Source: Octopus sinensis (taxonomy: Eukaryota). From it: 64,000 bases of DNA. A program made the translations under genes and the position numbers. The DNA lies in NCBI RefSeq assembly GCF_006345805.1, contig NC_043008.1, forward strand, positions 57,970,001 through 58,034,000. The letters are read 5' to 3'. The notes under the pieces are model-generated. The model ran no database searches. It was not told where the DNA came from and worked only from the letters and a program-made list of their open reading frames with translations. Shown here one piece after another: positions 12,317 through 24,886 of the stretch (positions within the stretch are counted from its first letter, which is position 1; each line of letters begins with the position of its first letter).

Positions 12317-13030
12317 CATACATGCACATATATATGATGGAATTCTGTCAAATTTCCTCCTAAGGCTTTGCACAGTGCAAAGGTATATTGGAAAACACTT
12401 GCTTAAGGTGCCACACAGTGGGTTTGAACATGGAACCATGTGGTTGAGAGCTGAAGTTGTTAACCACATAGCTATGCTGATAACCTAGCATAGATATTTA
12501 TTTATAACCCACACTATATTGGTAGTCTTGTAATTAACTTTTATACTTCATCCTAAAAATGATATTTTCCCCACCACCATTTTTCTTTATGTTTTAAAAT
12601 TTATTTTGCGGAAAAAAGATTTGATAGTTTTCTTCATACAAACTCATAGTCAAATTATGAAAATTCAATTTTAGTTTTTCAAATTGACCCAACATTTATA
12701 TAAAAAGAAAGAACCATATCAAAGTAGGTTTTATTACAAAGTGAGTTTCTTTTTTAAAAGCTTAAGTTATATATTATAAATTTTTTTTTAATTAATCGAA
12801 AGAAAATAGAAAGATTTGAGTATAAAGTTAGTTGATCATTATAGCCTAAGATATCTTCAGTGAAAAGAAAATTCTGTCTGAATAATTCTATTGAATTTTT
12901 TCGCCTTTTATCTTTTACTTGTTTCAGTCATTTGACTGTGGCCATGCTGGGGCATTGCCTTGAACAATTTTTAGTTGAGTGAATCGACCTTAGTATGTAT
13001 TTTTTATTAAAGCCTGGTACTTATTCAATC

Positions 13031-13355
13031 GGAGGCGCAATGGCCCAGTGGTTAGGGCAGCAGACTCGCGGTTGGAGGATCGCAGTTTCGATTCCTAGAT
13101 TCCCTGGGCATTGTGTGCGTTTATTGAGCGAAAACACCTAAAGCTCTATGAGGTTCCGGCAGGGGGTAGTGGCGACTCCTGTTATACTCTTTCACCCCAA
13201 CTTTCTCTCGCTCTTTCTTCCTGTTTCTTGAGTAATGCTGCGATGGACTGGCGTCCCATCCAGCTGGTGGGGAACACATATGCCATAGAAACCGAGAAAC
13301 TGGGCCCATGAGTCTGGCTAGGCATCAAAAGGGCACATAAAAATAAATAAAAAAC
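13031..13355 (+). mobile_element. tRNA-derived SINE family 'D' inserted into an antisense family 'A' tail
   Basis: Head GGAGGCGCAATGGCCCAGTGGTTAGG (A-box) ...GTTTCGATTCC (B-box). Perfect 12-bp TSD ACTTATTCAATC at 13019-13030 and 13356-13367. Confidence 0.92.
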
Positions 13356-13484
13356 ACTTATTCAATCAGTCTCTTTTACTGAACCATTAAGTTATGGGGA
13401 TGTAAACACACCAATACCAATTGACAAGTGGTGGAGGGGAACAAGCACAGATACAAAGACACACACAGACACGAACATATGTAC

Positions 13485-13680
13485 AATGTATGTATGTATG
13501 TATGTATGTATGTATGTATGTATGTATGTATGTATGTATGTATGTATGTATGTATGTATGTATGTATGTATGTATGTATGTATGTATGTATGTATGTATG
13601 TATGTATGTATGTATGTATGTATGTGTGCATGCATGTATGTATGTATGTATCTATGTATGTGTGTATGTATGTACATGTG
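13485..13680. repeat. (TATG)n microsatellite
   Basis: Direct inspection. Confidence 0.95.
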
Positions 13681-13950
13681 CAGATTTGTATGTCTTGCTT
13701 TATGTATGTATTCTCATGCATATAGCTACATATCTAGACATGTTCATATATGTTTAAATGATAAACTTCTGAACAGTATTACTGATTTTTACAGTTCCAG
13801 TGATGGATTGGATGTGTAGTCTTCAAATTAGCTTTCTCCTTTCTGGTTTTAAGAAGCCTAATCTCTCAAGATTGGTATTTAGGCAGTGTGTTACATATCC
13901 CAGGACCCCAATAATTGCAGGTATAAACCTGAACTTGTAATCTGGATAGA
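13680..13950 (-). mobile_element. R4/Dong-like RLE retrotransposon 3' end (ORF end plus UTR); a further UTR copy lies at about 14525-14735 (-)
   Basis: Reverse complement is homologous to 34195-34380 and 35480-35670, which encode the FIPVIIGALG RLE-terminal motif. Confidence 0.7.
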
Positions 13951-13965
13951 GTAACTATATCATTA

Positions 13966-14525
13966 TTATCTCCACCTTAGTGAAGGCGGAAATATTGTTT
14001 TCAGTTGTCTTTGTTTGTTTGTTTGTTCGTCCGTGGACAAGATATCTCAAGAACCACTGGATGGCTTCCGATGAAAATTTCAGGAATGTTTGGCCTCTTG
14101 ACTGGCATGAACAGATTAGGTTTTGGGATTGATCTAGTATCGTTATTTACAATTGACGGATATTTGTCCTCAACTTGTTCGATGTTAACACAACGTTTTG
14201 GCTGACATATCCCCCAGCTGAAAGGTTGTGTTAACAACAAACAAGATGAGAACAAATATCCGTCAATTGTAAATAATGTAAATAATGTACATAATTCCTC
14301 ATCTCTTAAACATAGAACTGTATGATCTGGTATCAGATAAGGATTCTGGATTATTTTTCCCTTAAATTTTGAGAGCGGTCAGGTTCAGTTTTAGTACTCT
14401 CGTTTGTGAGAGCAGTTGAGTTTATTTCAGATACTCTCATTTTAAAAATCATTTCTGGTTAATCGTTGAGAGGACATTGGTGTTGCCTTGGCGGAGGTCT
14501 GTGCTCCCTGAGTGATCTTGTTTAG
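13966..14525 (+). mobile_element. Helentron-type non-autonomous element (HINE-like)
   Basis: 5' TATCTCCACC...(GTTT)n tract...ACCACTGGATGG..CCGATGAAA and 3' GCCTTGGCGGAGGTCTGTGCTC...TAGTT; the subterminal inverted repeat plus microsatellite layout is typical of HINEs. Confidence 0.65.
14143..14276. repeat. Long foldback hairpin (52-bp arms)
   Basis: 14143-14194 against the reverse complement of 14225-14276: 48/52 identical; further pairing within the 30-nt spacer. Confidence 0.92.
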
Positions 14526-16959
14526 TTTTATTTCGAGATTTTTTGCCAATTGAAAAAGAGCCAGTTTCTAATCTAGATCCAAGGATCTTTCATTGGAATT
14601 TCAATAACATCAATGAGGTATTCCTGCATGTATATATGTAGTATTTGGAATCAATGCATGTGCAAATTTGTATGCTTTGTTTTATGTATGTATTCTCATG
14701 CATTTAGCTGCATGTCTATACATGCACATATATATACATAAAGGATAAGCATCTTATGTGCATGCATGCATGTATGTATTTATGTGTTTATGTGTGTGTG
14801 TTTATGAATGTATGTATATATCCATGCAAGTATGTGTATATATGTATGTATGTGTGCATGTATGTATATATATATATATGTCTAACAGAGTAAAAGATTG
14901 AAATATTGCTTCATGATTTGAACACTGCATATGTTGAATACATTCTGTATGTGTGTGTGTGTGCATGTGCATGGTTGTATGTTTGTGCATGTGTAGTCAT
15001 GTATATTTGTATGAATATGTGAATGTATATATGTATGTGTATGTGTGTGTGTGCATGCATGTTTGTGTGTATGTGTATATTTATGTATATTTGTATGTAT
15101 ATGTGTATGTACCTACGTGTATGTGTGCTTGTTTATTTGTATGTATATATGTATATATATATGTATGTGTGTGCATGCATGTATGTGTTTATGTGTGTAT
15201 TTATGTATATTCATATGTACATGTGTATGGCGTGTGTGTGTGTCTGTGTGTGAGCACAGCTATACGCACATAGATATGTTTGTACACGTGTAATGTTACG
15301 CTTACAGCATCTAGGTTTCCTAAGCAGTTACCCATCGAACTATTAACGAAGCTTGACATTGTCCAACTTTGTGTTTGGACAAGATCCAGTGCTTTAAACA
15401 TGATATGGGCATGTGTGTGTGTGTATGCAAATACAGGGTATGTTTTGGCACAGATGATTCAATGCTGACTTATTTGACATCAGGCGTTTTAATGTTTCTC
15501 TCATTTTAATGTTTCTTTCACTCTCCCCCACCATCTCAGTTTCTGTGTATTGGTATATTTCCTTGCATGTGCTTGAGGAGAGAGAAAGTGTTTATGTCAG
15601 TTGTGTTTGATTAATAAACAATAATGTCTCTCTCTCTCTCTCACTCTGTTTCTCTCTCTTTTTCACTCTATATGTGTATTTCTGCATACACTTGGACGTG
15701 TTGCTTTTGCCTCCAGTGTCGAAAAGTACAGTCAGCAAAACTGGTTTCAAGTGTCCAGTGAGTCATGCCAAATTGTTGGCATTGAAACACCTATGCCCAA
15801 TCATCTCATTCTGGCAAATATGTATCTCATCATCATCATCATCATCATCGTCATCATCATCATCATCATCACCATCACCGTCACCGTCACCGTCGTCATC
15901 GTCATCGTCATCATCATCATCACCGTCATCGTCATCGTCATTGTCATCGTCATCTTTGTCGTCGTCATCATCATCATCATCATCATCGTCATCATTTAGC
16001 ATCTGGTTTCCATACTGGCATGGGTTAGATGGTTTGACTGGAATTGGTAAGCTGGAGAGCTGCACCAAGTTCCAGGCTGATTTGGCATGGTTTCCACAGC
16101 CGGATGGATGCCCTTCCTAAATCGAACCACTTCAAAAATGTAATGAGTGTTTCTTACATGCCACCAACACAGGTGCTACTTAAAAATCACCCTGTACACT
16201 CTGTAAAGTGGTTGGTGATAGGGAGGGTATACAGCTGCAGTAACAATGCCAATGTAGGTACTGGGGTATGATGCAGTCCTTCAACCTGTTTGGCACTACT
16301 GAACTGTCTGACCCATGCTAGCATGGAAGACAAATGTTAAATGATGGCGATCATCGGTTTAGAAAACAGATTTTCTTCAGTGTATGGAACATTAGAATTT
16401 TATTAACTTTTTAATATTCAACCATGAAAATTCAGTTTTATTAACTTCTTAATATTCAGCAATGAAAATTCAATTTTACTTTTTATTTTTAACTTGGTTC
16501 AGGCGTGGCTGTGTGGTTAAGAAACTCACTTTGCAACTATATGGTTTTGGGTTCAATCCCATTCTATGGCATCTTGAGTCATTTTATTATAGGCTCAGGT
16601 CAACTAATACCTTGTGAGTGAATTTGGTACATGGAAACTGTATAGAAGCCTCTGTGTCTGTGTATGCATGTATGTGTGTGTATGTGTGTGTATGTATATG
16701 TATATGTATGTGTGTATGTGTGTATGTGTAAGTGTATGTGTGTTTGTGTGTGTGTGTGTATGTGTGTGTATGTGTACATGTGTTTTTGTGTTTGTCCTTT
16801 CACCACTTGGTAGCTGGTGTTGGTTTGTTTAGGTTGTATAACTTAGAGGTAAATTAGGGGTTCAGAGTGATAGAATAAGTACCTGACTTAAAAATAAAAA
16901 CTGTGGGTGCAGGGGGTGCATTTCATTGACTAAGCCCTTCTTATTTCTTATTTATTTAT

Positions 16960-17365
16960 TACCTACAAGGGGCTAAACATAGAGGGGATAAACAAGGACA
17001 GACAAAGGGATTAAGTTGATTATATCGACCCCAGTGCATTATTGGTACTTAATTTATTGACGCTGAAAGGATGAAAGGCAAAGTCGACTTCGGCGGAATT
17101 TGAACTCAGAAAGTAACGGCAGATGAAATACCTGTTTCTTTATTACCCACAAGGGGCTAAACATAGAGGGGACAAACAAGGACAGACAAATGGATTAAGT
17201 CAATTACATTGACCCCAGTGCATAACTGGTACTTAATTTATTGACCCCGAAAGGATGAAAGGCAAAATCAACCTTGGCGGAATTTGAACTCAGAACGCAA
17301 TGGCAGATGAAATACCGCTAAGCATTTTGCCTGGTGTTCTAACATTTCTGCCAGCTTGCTGCCTT
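16960..17365 (-). mobile_element. Family 'C' SINE with tandemly duplicated body (head + X + X)
   Basis: Two successive core+tail units; the second begins at the internal GGTATTTCATCTGCC. Confidence 0.85.
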
Positions 17366-17497
17366 CAAAATTGACTAAACCCATCTAAAATGATGTTTCA
17401 GCATGACCATATTCCATTAACTAAAATGGGTAAAAGATAAAAAATAAACATTTATAAACCACTTTATCAATGTTATGGTAATGTAACTTTGATATAC

Positions 17498-17675
17498 TTT
17501 GAATGATCTGAGATATCTCCAAAATCTTGAGAACCCATGATGTTCAATGCTCAACTTTGGTTGTAAGACAATGATTGCATAGATAAGAGACAAGAGCTGC
17601 CCTAAATATGGCATTAATTTTATTGCAATCAATATTCCCAAATGATCTGGTACATCTTCCAAGAAACTAGATGAA
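17498..17675 (-). CDS. Possible exon of an unidentified membrane protein
   Basis: TTCTGCATACTTCAG acceptor, weak GTATAT donor, one open frame of 59 codons (SSSFLEDVPDHLGILIAIKLMPYLGQLLSLIYAIIVLQPKLSIEHHGFSRFWRYLRSFK) with a hydrophobic stretch. No family recognised. Confidence 0.25.
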
Positions 17676-18494
17676 CTGAAGTATGCAGAATTAAATGTCT
17701 TCTCCGGAGACACAAAGTATCTTTACTATCGATTTGAACTCAAAATGTGAATTGATAATCAAATAGTGCTTTAGCTATCTTGCTTCTAGTAAGTTCTTGA
17801 AATAGCAGAGAAGAATTTGGATAGGAAGAAAATATTCTTTGATTCTGTCATTATAAAAAATAAAGAATTTTCTTTTGACAATGACACAGACATATTAAAA
17901 ATCTGAGGTTTTTTTTTTTCTTTCTTTTTTTTTTTTAATAATGCATAGAATGTAGCTGGGAAAATTAATTTCCGATAATTTTGTTACTTTCAATAAATTT
18001 TCTGGAAAAACCTTTTCAAAGGAAACAACCACTTCACTGAAAGTATTCAGTTATTTTTCCTGGAATATCAACAGAGGAATAGCAATTAATGACAGAAAGC
18101 ATCTAAGAAACCTTGCAAGCTTGCAAGTTGGTGGTTTAATATATGAACATATGCTCCAGAAAGCCAATTATCTTTTCATCATGTCATGCTGGGTTATTAT
18201 TCAGATGTTGGAATTCATGAAATGGTTTGAAGAACCTACTGGAAAAACTAAAGGGTAATATATTCCGTCGACTATTATGATTGCAGCTTTAGGTGAAAGC
18301 TGTAAATGGCTGTGATGGTGGTGCGTTAGCAGGGTTGATGCTTCCTATCATATACTAGAGACATCCTGTATGCTGTGTACCTGACCAAGACGCTTAACAT
18401 TTTCTGTTACCATATTTCTGCTGAAATACAATTTTTGATTGAATTAATTTTGAAAATTACAAAGAATTTATTAAGATATCTTTGTCATTATTGT

Positions 18495-18716
18495 ACTCTT
18501 TTACTCTTTACTCTTTTACTTGTTTCAGTCATTTGACTGCGGCCATGCTGGAGCACCGCCTTTAATCGAGCAACTCGACCCCGGCACTTATTCTTTTTGT
18601 AAGCCCAGTACTTATTCTATCGGTCTCTTTTTGCCGAACCACTAAGTAACGGGGACATAAACACACCAGCATCGGTTGTCAAGCAATGCTAGGGGGACAA
18701 ACACAGACCCCCCCCC

Positions 18717-18779
<63 letters not shown>

Positions 18780-18941
18780 TATGACAGGCTTCTTTCAGTT
18801 TCTGTCTACCAAATCCACTCACAAGGCATTGGTCGACCCGGGGCTATAGCAGAAGACACTTGCCCAAGATGCCACGCAGTGGGACTGAACCCGGAACCAT
18901 GTGGCTGGTTAGCAAGCTACTTACCACACATCCACTCCTGC
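18495..18941 (-). mobile_element. Family 'A' SINE, full length
   Basis: Complete head, central TA tract and (GAGTAAAA)n tail. Confidence 0.9.
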
Positions 18942-19202
18942 TATTATGCTGGCTTTTGGAACATAAACTGGCTTCAAATTTTGGCACAAAGCCAGCAATT
19001 TCAAGAGAAGGTGTAAGTTAATTTCATTGACCCCAGTGTTTAACTGGTAATTATTTTTTTGACCCTGAAAAGATGAAAGGCAAAATTGACCTCAACGGAA
19101 TTTGAACTCGGAACATAAAGATGGATAATGCCGCTAAGCATTTTTCTCAGTGTGCTAACCCTAACCCTAACCCATCCAGCTCCCCACCTTTGTTTTTTTA
19201 AC

Positions 19203-19365
19203 ACAAATTAACATGAAAATTTTGATGGAAGGTTTTTAATTAAGATTGCAATAAGTTTCTTCCTAGATTTGAACCATGGCTCTTGGATTTTCCTGGTCTA
19301 ATAGTTCAAATCTAGGAAGAAAATCTTAACTAAAAACCTTGCTTCAAGATTTCATGCTAATTTGT
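19203..19365. mobile_element. Palindromic MITE-like element (about 163 bp)
   Basis: ACAAATTAACATGAAA...TTTCTTCCTAGATTTGAAC is inverted in GTTCAAATCTAGGAAGAAA...TTTCATGCTAATTTGT. Confidence 0.7.
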
Positions 19366-19475
19366 ACTCCAAAAAAGGTGGAGAGCTGGCAGAATTATTA
19401 GCACTCTGGAAAAAATGCTTACTGGCATTTTGTCCATAAAAAGAAAAGTGTTGCCTTAAAGGTATTAATGTCTGC

Positions 19476-19709
19476 GAAGGCGGCGAGCTGGCAGAAACGT
19501 TAGCACGCTGGGTGAAATGCATAGCCGTATTTCGTCTGCTGTTATGTTCTGAGTTCAAATTCCGCTGAGGTTGACTTTGCCTTTCATCCTTTTGGGGTCA
19601 ATTAAATAAGTACCAGTTACACACTGGGGGTCGATATAATCTACTTAATCCGTTTGTCTGTCCTTGTTTGTTCTTTCTGTGTGTAGCCCCTTGTGGGTAG
19701 TAAAGAAAT
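19476..19709 (+). mobile_element. Family 'C' SINE, full-length monomer
   Basis: Perfect 16-bp TSD AGGTATTAATGTCTGC (19460-19475 and 19710-19725). Confidence 0.93.
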
Positions 19710-20559
19710 AGGTATTAATGTCTGCATGGATATGGCTCAACCAACCAGCACTGGTGAACTTATTATGTGGTGGTAATTTTCAAAGAAAGTGTGTGAGTCT
19801 GGTTGAAGATTCTAGAACTTTTGGGCCAACAGTAATAAACAGATGAGTGGATTCAACTTTAGGTAAAGCTATCCCACATTTATCCAGTTAATGTTGCTTT
19901 TCCCTTGTATGATTGTTTCCCATTTCTCTCCGCTTGCTGAACTTAATGAACCAGAGAGCTGCTTAGCTATGTTGGGGAATCTGTATCACTATCTCCCCTC
20001 TTCCACTTTTAAGTAAGATGCATATCTTGTGGTCAACAGAGGTAATCATCTTTACTTGTAATGCCAAGTAACACATAATATTTATATGCAGTGATTAATT
20101 TCTTTGCACTACATCTATTACATCATCCAGGGAATTATACCCTTTACTTTTTAACTTTTTGCCTGTCTTAGTCTTTGGATTGCTGCCAAGCTGTGGCACT
20201 GCCTTGAAATGTTTTACTGTATTTTTTATGGGGGGTCCTGGTAGTTATTCTATTGATCTTCTTTTGCTGAACTGCAAAGTTATGGGGATATAAACCAATA
20301 CCATTTGTCAATTGGTGATGGACAAACATGAGCACAGACACAGACACAGACACACACACACACACACAAACATGACAGGCTTCTTTCAGTTTCTGTTTAC
20401 CAAATTCACCTATAAGGCTTCTGTTGACCCAGGGCTGTAGTAGGACACACTTGTCCAAGACACTGTGTTTCAGGACTAAATCCAAGGCCACATAGTCGGG
20501 AAGTAGGCTTTTTATCACACAGCCATACCTGTGCCTTTATACAGAAGATTATTCTTCTA

Positions 20560-20962
20560 CTCTTTTACTCTTTTACTTGCTTCAGTCATTTGACTGTGGC
20601 CATGCTGGAGCACCGCCTTTAGTCGAGCAAATCGACCCCAAGACTTATTCTTTGTAAGCCCAGTACTTATTCTTTCGATCTCTTTTGCCGAACTGCTAAG
20701 TGACGGTGACATAAACATACCAGCATCGGTTGTCAGGCAATGCTAGGGGGACAAACACAGACACACAAACATACACACACACATATATATATGCATATAT
20801 ACGATGGGCTTCTTTCAGTTTCCGTCTACCAAATCCACTCACAAGGCTTTGGTTGGCTCGAGGCAATAGTAGAAGACACTTGCCCAAGATGCCACGCAGT
20901 GGGACTGAACCTGGAACCATGTGGCTGGTAAGCAAGCTACTTACCACACAGCCACTCCTGCG
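20560..20962 (-). mobile_element. Family 'A' SINE, full length
   Basis: Homologous to 18495-18941. Confidence 0.9.
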
Positions 20963-21335
20963 CCTATATTATATTTGTTATATTTGTTGAACATTGATCC
21001 ATTAATTTATTGAACATACATTTGTAGACAATAATGATGCACACCCACTCTACAATGTAAATATCAATATAAACAATAACATCATTGAAATCTCAAAGAT
21101 ACAAGATAATGCATCATTAATTCAAAACAATGTGAATAAATAAGCATTACATTTAACTCAGTAATCTGAATGCCAATGGAATAAAAAAACTCACCAACAA
21201 AACCTATATGTATGACTTGCTGGTAATAACCACCAAATCTCCCTCAAATCATAACCTACTGTTGGAAACTCAACTTTCGTGTGGTCATTGTGTACACACT
21301 AAACCTTCTTAACTTGTGGACAATCTAAGACGGTG

Positions 21336-21542
21336 CAAGAGGGTGCTGAAAAGTTCCTGGCTTTAAGAGTATTGCAAAAGACTCTGTTGGAGGCCCAGCC
21401 TTCTGGGTTCTTTTACAGGGCTTAGAAAAAAACTGAAGGACCACTTCAATAAGTGTGTGAATCTAAGAAGGGGATTATGTTGAATAAAATCATAATTGTA
21501 TTTTCTTTTACTTAAAGCCAGAAACTTTTCAGCATCCCCTCA
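21336..21542 (+). mobile_element. Mariner-derived MITE (about 207 bp)
   Basis: TIRs GGGTGCTGAAAAGTTCCTGGCTTTAAG / CTTAAAGCCAGAAACTTTTCAGCATCCCC; internal remnant of the transposase C-terminus (DHFNKCVNLR..DYVE*). Confidence 0.85.
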
Positions 21543-21719
21543 TATATGCCATCACAAAACCAATTTAAAAAAGGGAGTTTTGAATCAGAGAATCAGGGGT
21601 GGTTTTAAAAGTATTTAAATAAAACTCAGTTGATTTAGCATCTGATATCTCTATAGTTAGGTGAACTGCAGTCTCGAGAATTAGGATAACAGTGTTAAGT
21701 CATCATCATCATCATCATA

Positions 21720-22125
21720 GGTGCAGGAGTGGCTGTGTGATAAGTAGCTTGCTTACCAATCACATAGTCATGGGTTCAGTCCCACTGCGTGGCACCTTGG
21801 GAAAATGTCTTCTTCTATAGCCTCGGGTCGACCAAAGCCTTGTGAGTGGATTTGGTAGATGGAAACTGGAAGAAGCCGGTCGTATATGCATATATATATG
21901 TGTGTGTATGTATTAGTGTGTCCGTGTTTGTCCGTCCAACATCGCTTGAAAACCGATGCTGGTGTGTTTATGTCCCCATAACTTAGTGGTTCAGCAAAAG
22001 AGACCAATAGAATAAGCACTAGGCTTACACAGAATAAGCTCTGGGGTCGATTTGCTCGACTAAAGGCGGTGTTCCAGCATGGCCGCAGTCAAATGACTGA
22101 AACAAGTAAAAGATAAAAGAAAAAA
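21720..22125 (+). mobile_element. Family 'A' SINE, full length
   Basis: Complete head and tail; followed by an antisense family 'B' fragment. Confidence 0.9.
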
Positions 22126-22881
22126 GATCATCATCATCATCATCATCATCTAATGTCCGCTATTCATGCTGGCATGGGTTGGATGGTTTGAAAGGAGCTG
22201 GCTAGACAGAAGACTGCACCAGGCTAAGCTGTCTGTTTTGGCATGTCTTTTATGGCTTGATGCCCTTCCAAGCGCTGACCACTTTACAGAGCATACTGGA
22301 TGCTTTTTATGTTACACTAGTACTAGTGCCACATACATAATGAAATACACCTGCAGTGGGCTTGAACTCAAGACATTTGAGTTAGCAGTCCACTATCTTC
22401 CTACATACCTGATTGATTGAGCTAATGAAGAAACCTTTATGTAGTCGTTTGACCTGCAAGAAATAGCAGCCAAATCTTCCTCAAATCATAGCTTGCTGTT
22501 TTGAAAAATGAAGGAAGGACACATTAGAGAATGCGATCCTTGGTAGCCTTAAAAAAAGTGGGAGGATCACAACTGGAATGTCTTTGTTCATAGATTTGCT
22601 CCTTCAGAGATGGTCTTGGGTTAAATAAGAATGGCAGCAATAGCAGTAGCAGCCGTTCAAGAATTTGGACCTGGAGATCTCCATTTCCAGCGACTTTGAG
22701 GGCCACCTCCCAGTGGTGTTGGGTGTCAGCAAAGAGCCCTCGACTACAACAAGACGACCAAAGTTTTTATTTTTTCCAAGGTCTGGGGTCTCCCGCCCCT
22801 AAGCCCTAGACCATCACCTAATCACCCATACCCATCTTCTTGCTTAACAACAACAACAGCAACAGCAACAGCAACAGCAAT

Positions 22882-22919
<38 letters not shown>

Positions 22920-23317
22920 GAAAATCTGAATGATTGGCAAGCCTTCATTAGCTTACAGCTTTGAGTTCGTTTCTTCTTTTGGCTCCTGCTGATCTCATTA
23001 AGAAGTCATTAAAGATGATTCCTTGAATTAATGGATATCACTGATTGTGAAACATTTAGGAATTAACTCATTTGTCTGATGACAGGTAGATCACAGGAGG
23101 AAAGTCTTAGGCAAACGTTGCAGAAGAGAAACAAATCTCCAGTGAGCTTTTATCTCCTAACTCAGTTTCAGTTCGTATTTGTAATCATTCTGTTTCTCTT
23201 GCTTGCTTAATAAAGATATGTATGTTACAGTATCTTATTTGATTTCCTCCACAAATCCGAGGCTGTTTAACAACTTAACCCTTTAGCTAATAAACTGGTT
23301 ATGAGCTGGCCAAAACG

Positions 23318-23734
23318 AGGGCGGTGAGCTGGCGGAAACGTTAGCACGCCAGGCGAAATGCTTAGCGGTATTTCATATACTGCTACGTTCTGAGTTCAAA
23401 TTCTGCCGAGGTCGACTTTGCCTTTCATCCTTTCAGGGTCAATTAAATAAGTACCAGTTATGCACTTGGGTCGATATAATCGACTTAATCTGTTTGTCTG
23501 TCCTTATTTGTTCTCTCTGTGTTTAGCCCCTTGTGGGTAGTAAAGAAATAGGTATTTCGTCTGCCTCTACGTTCTGAGTTCAAATTCTGCCGAGGTCGAC
23601 TTTGCCTTTCATCCTTTCGGGGTCAATTAAATAAGTACCAGTTATGCACTGGGGTCGATATAATCGACTTAATCTGTTTGTCTGTCCTTGTTTGTCCTCT
23701 CTGTGTTTAGCCCCTTGTGGGTAGTAAAGAAATA
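23318..23734 (+). mobile_element. Family 'C' SINE with tandemly duplicated body
   Basis: Head followed by two ~184-bp core+tail units joined at GAAATA|GGTATTTCG. Confidence 0.88.
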
Positions 23735-23741
23735 GGTTATA

Positions 23742-24500
23742 CAAGGTGATATCAAAAATTTCTACTGCGACTTTTTGGAGCAGTTGAGGAGGGGCATTTG
23801 GCGAAAATGACTGAATCTATGGAACACGAATAATTAGATTCTTCACTGAGCTCTCTTCATTCAGGAGTTTCTCACCAAAAACAACATGGTATTGCTTCTG
23901 CACCTGCCCTTTTCACCATATTTAGCACCTGTGAACTTCTATCTCTTCCTCAAGAGGAAAAGTAGCTTAAAGGTTGCCGTTTTTGTTTCTCTTGCTTTCT
24001 TAATAAAGATATGTATGTTACGGATCTTATTTGATTTCCTCTACATACCTGAGGCCGTTTAACAACTTAACCCTTTAGCTAATAAACTGGTTATACAAGG
24101 TGGTATCAAAAATTTCTACTGTGACTTTTTGAGGCATTTGAGGAGGGACATTTAGTGAAAATGACTGGATCTGTGGAACACAAAGAATTAGGTTCTTCAC
24201 TGAGCTCTCCTCAGTCATGAGTTTCTCACCAAAAACTACATGGTATTGCTTCTGCACCTGCCCTTTTCACCATATTTAGCACCTGTGGACTTCTGTCTCT
24301 TCCCTAAGATGAAAATGTAGCTCAACGGTTGCCGTTTTTTAACACCATTGTCAAGATCTAGAGCAAATTGCAGAAGGTCCTCGACTTACTTGTGGAAAAT
24401 GCCTTCCAGACCAGATTCCAAAAGTGGCAGGAATGCTGGGACCGGTGTATTACTGCACAAGGTGACCATTTCAAGATGATTCAGAGATTCCAGAGGTATC
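23742..24500 (+). mobile_element. Internally deleted mariner remnant, partly duplicated in tandem
   Basis: TA-CAAGGTG(A/G)TATCAAAAA terminus at 23742 and 24096; QEFLTKNNMVLLLHLPFSPYLAP and FQKWQECWDRCITAQGDHF mariner C-terminal motifs. Confidence 0.8.
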
Positions 24501-24625
24501 TTTGACTGAAGAGACACAATGATATCAAAATACTGGTGTCTTAGAGTCCACCTATATTGCTGAAATGTGTGTGTTGTGAACATATGCTATCTGACAAGAG
24601 TGTTTTCCAAAAGCATATTACAAGA

Positions 24626-24886
24626 ATAATAATAATAAATGCGCCCTTTTCAAGCCTAGCCAGGCTCATGGGCCTGGTTTCCCAGTTTCAATGGCGTATG
24701 TGTTCCGCAGCTGGATGGGACGCCAGTCCATCGCAGCGTTACTCATTTTTGCCAGCTGAGTGGACTGGAGCAATGTGAAATGAAGTGTTTTTACTCAAGA
24801 ACACAGCGCATCGCCCGGTCCAGGAATCAAAACCACAATCTTATGATCATGATGCAGACACCCTAACCACTAAGCCATGTGCCTCC
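24626..24886 (-). mobile_element. Family 'D'-related SINE
   Basis: Reverse complement starts GGAGGCACATGGCTTAGTGGTTAGGG and ends in (ATT)n. Confidence 0.8.

Noticed and set aside
13031-13110. tRNA genes at SINE heads (also 6703, 19476, 30383, 62398)
   Set aside because: A- and B-box-like motifs are present, but the sequences continue into SINE bodies, some with TSDs, and I could not form a full cloverleaf.
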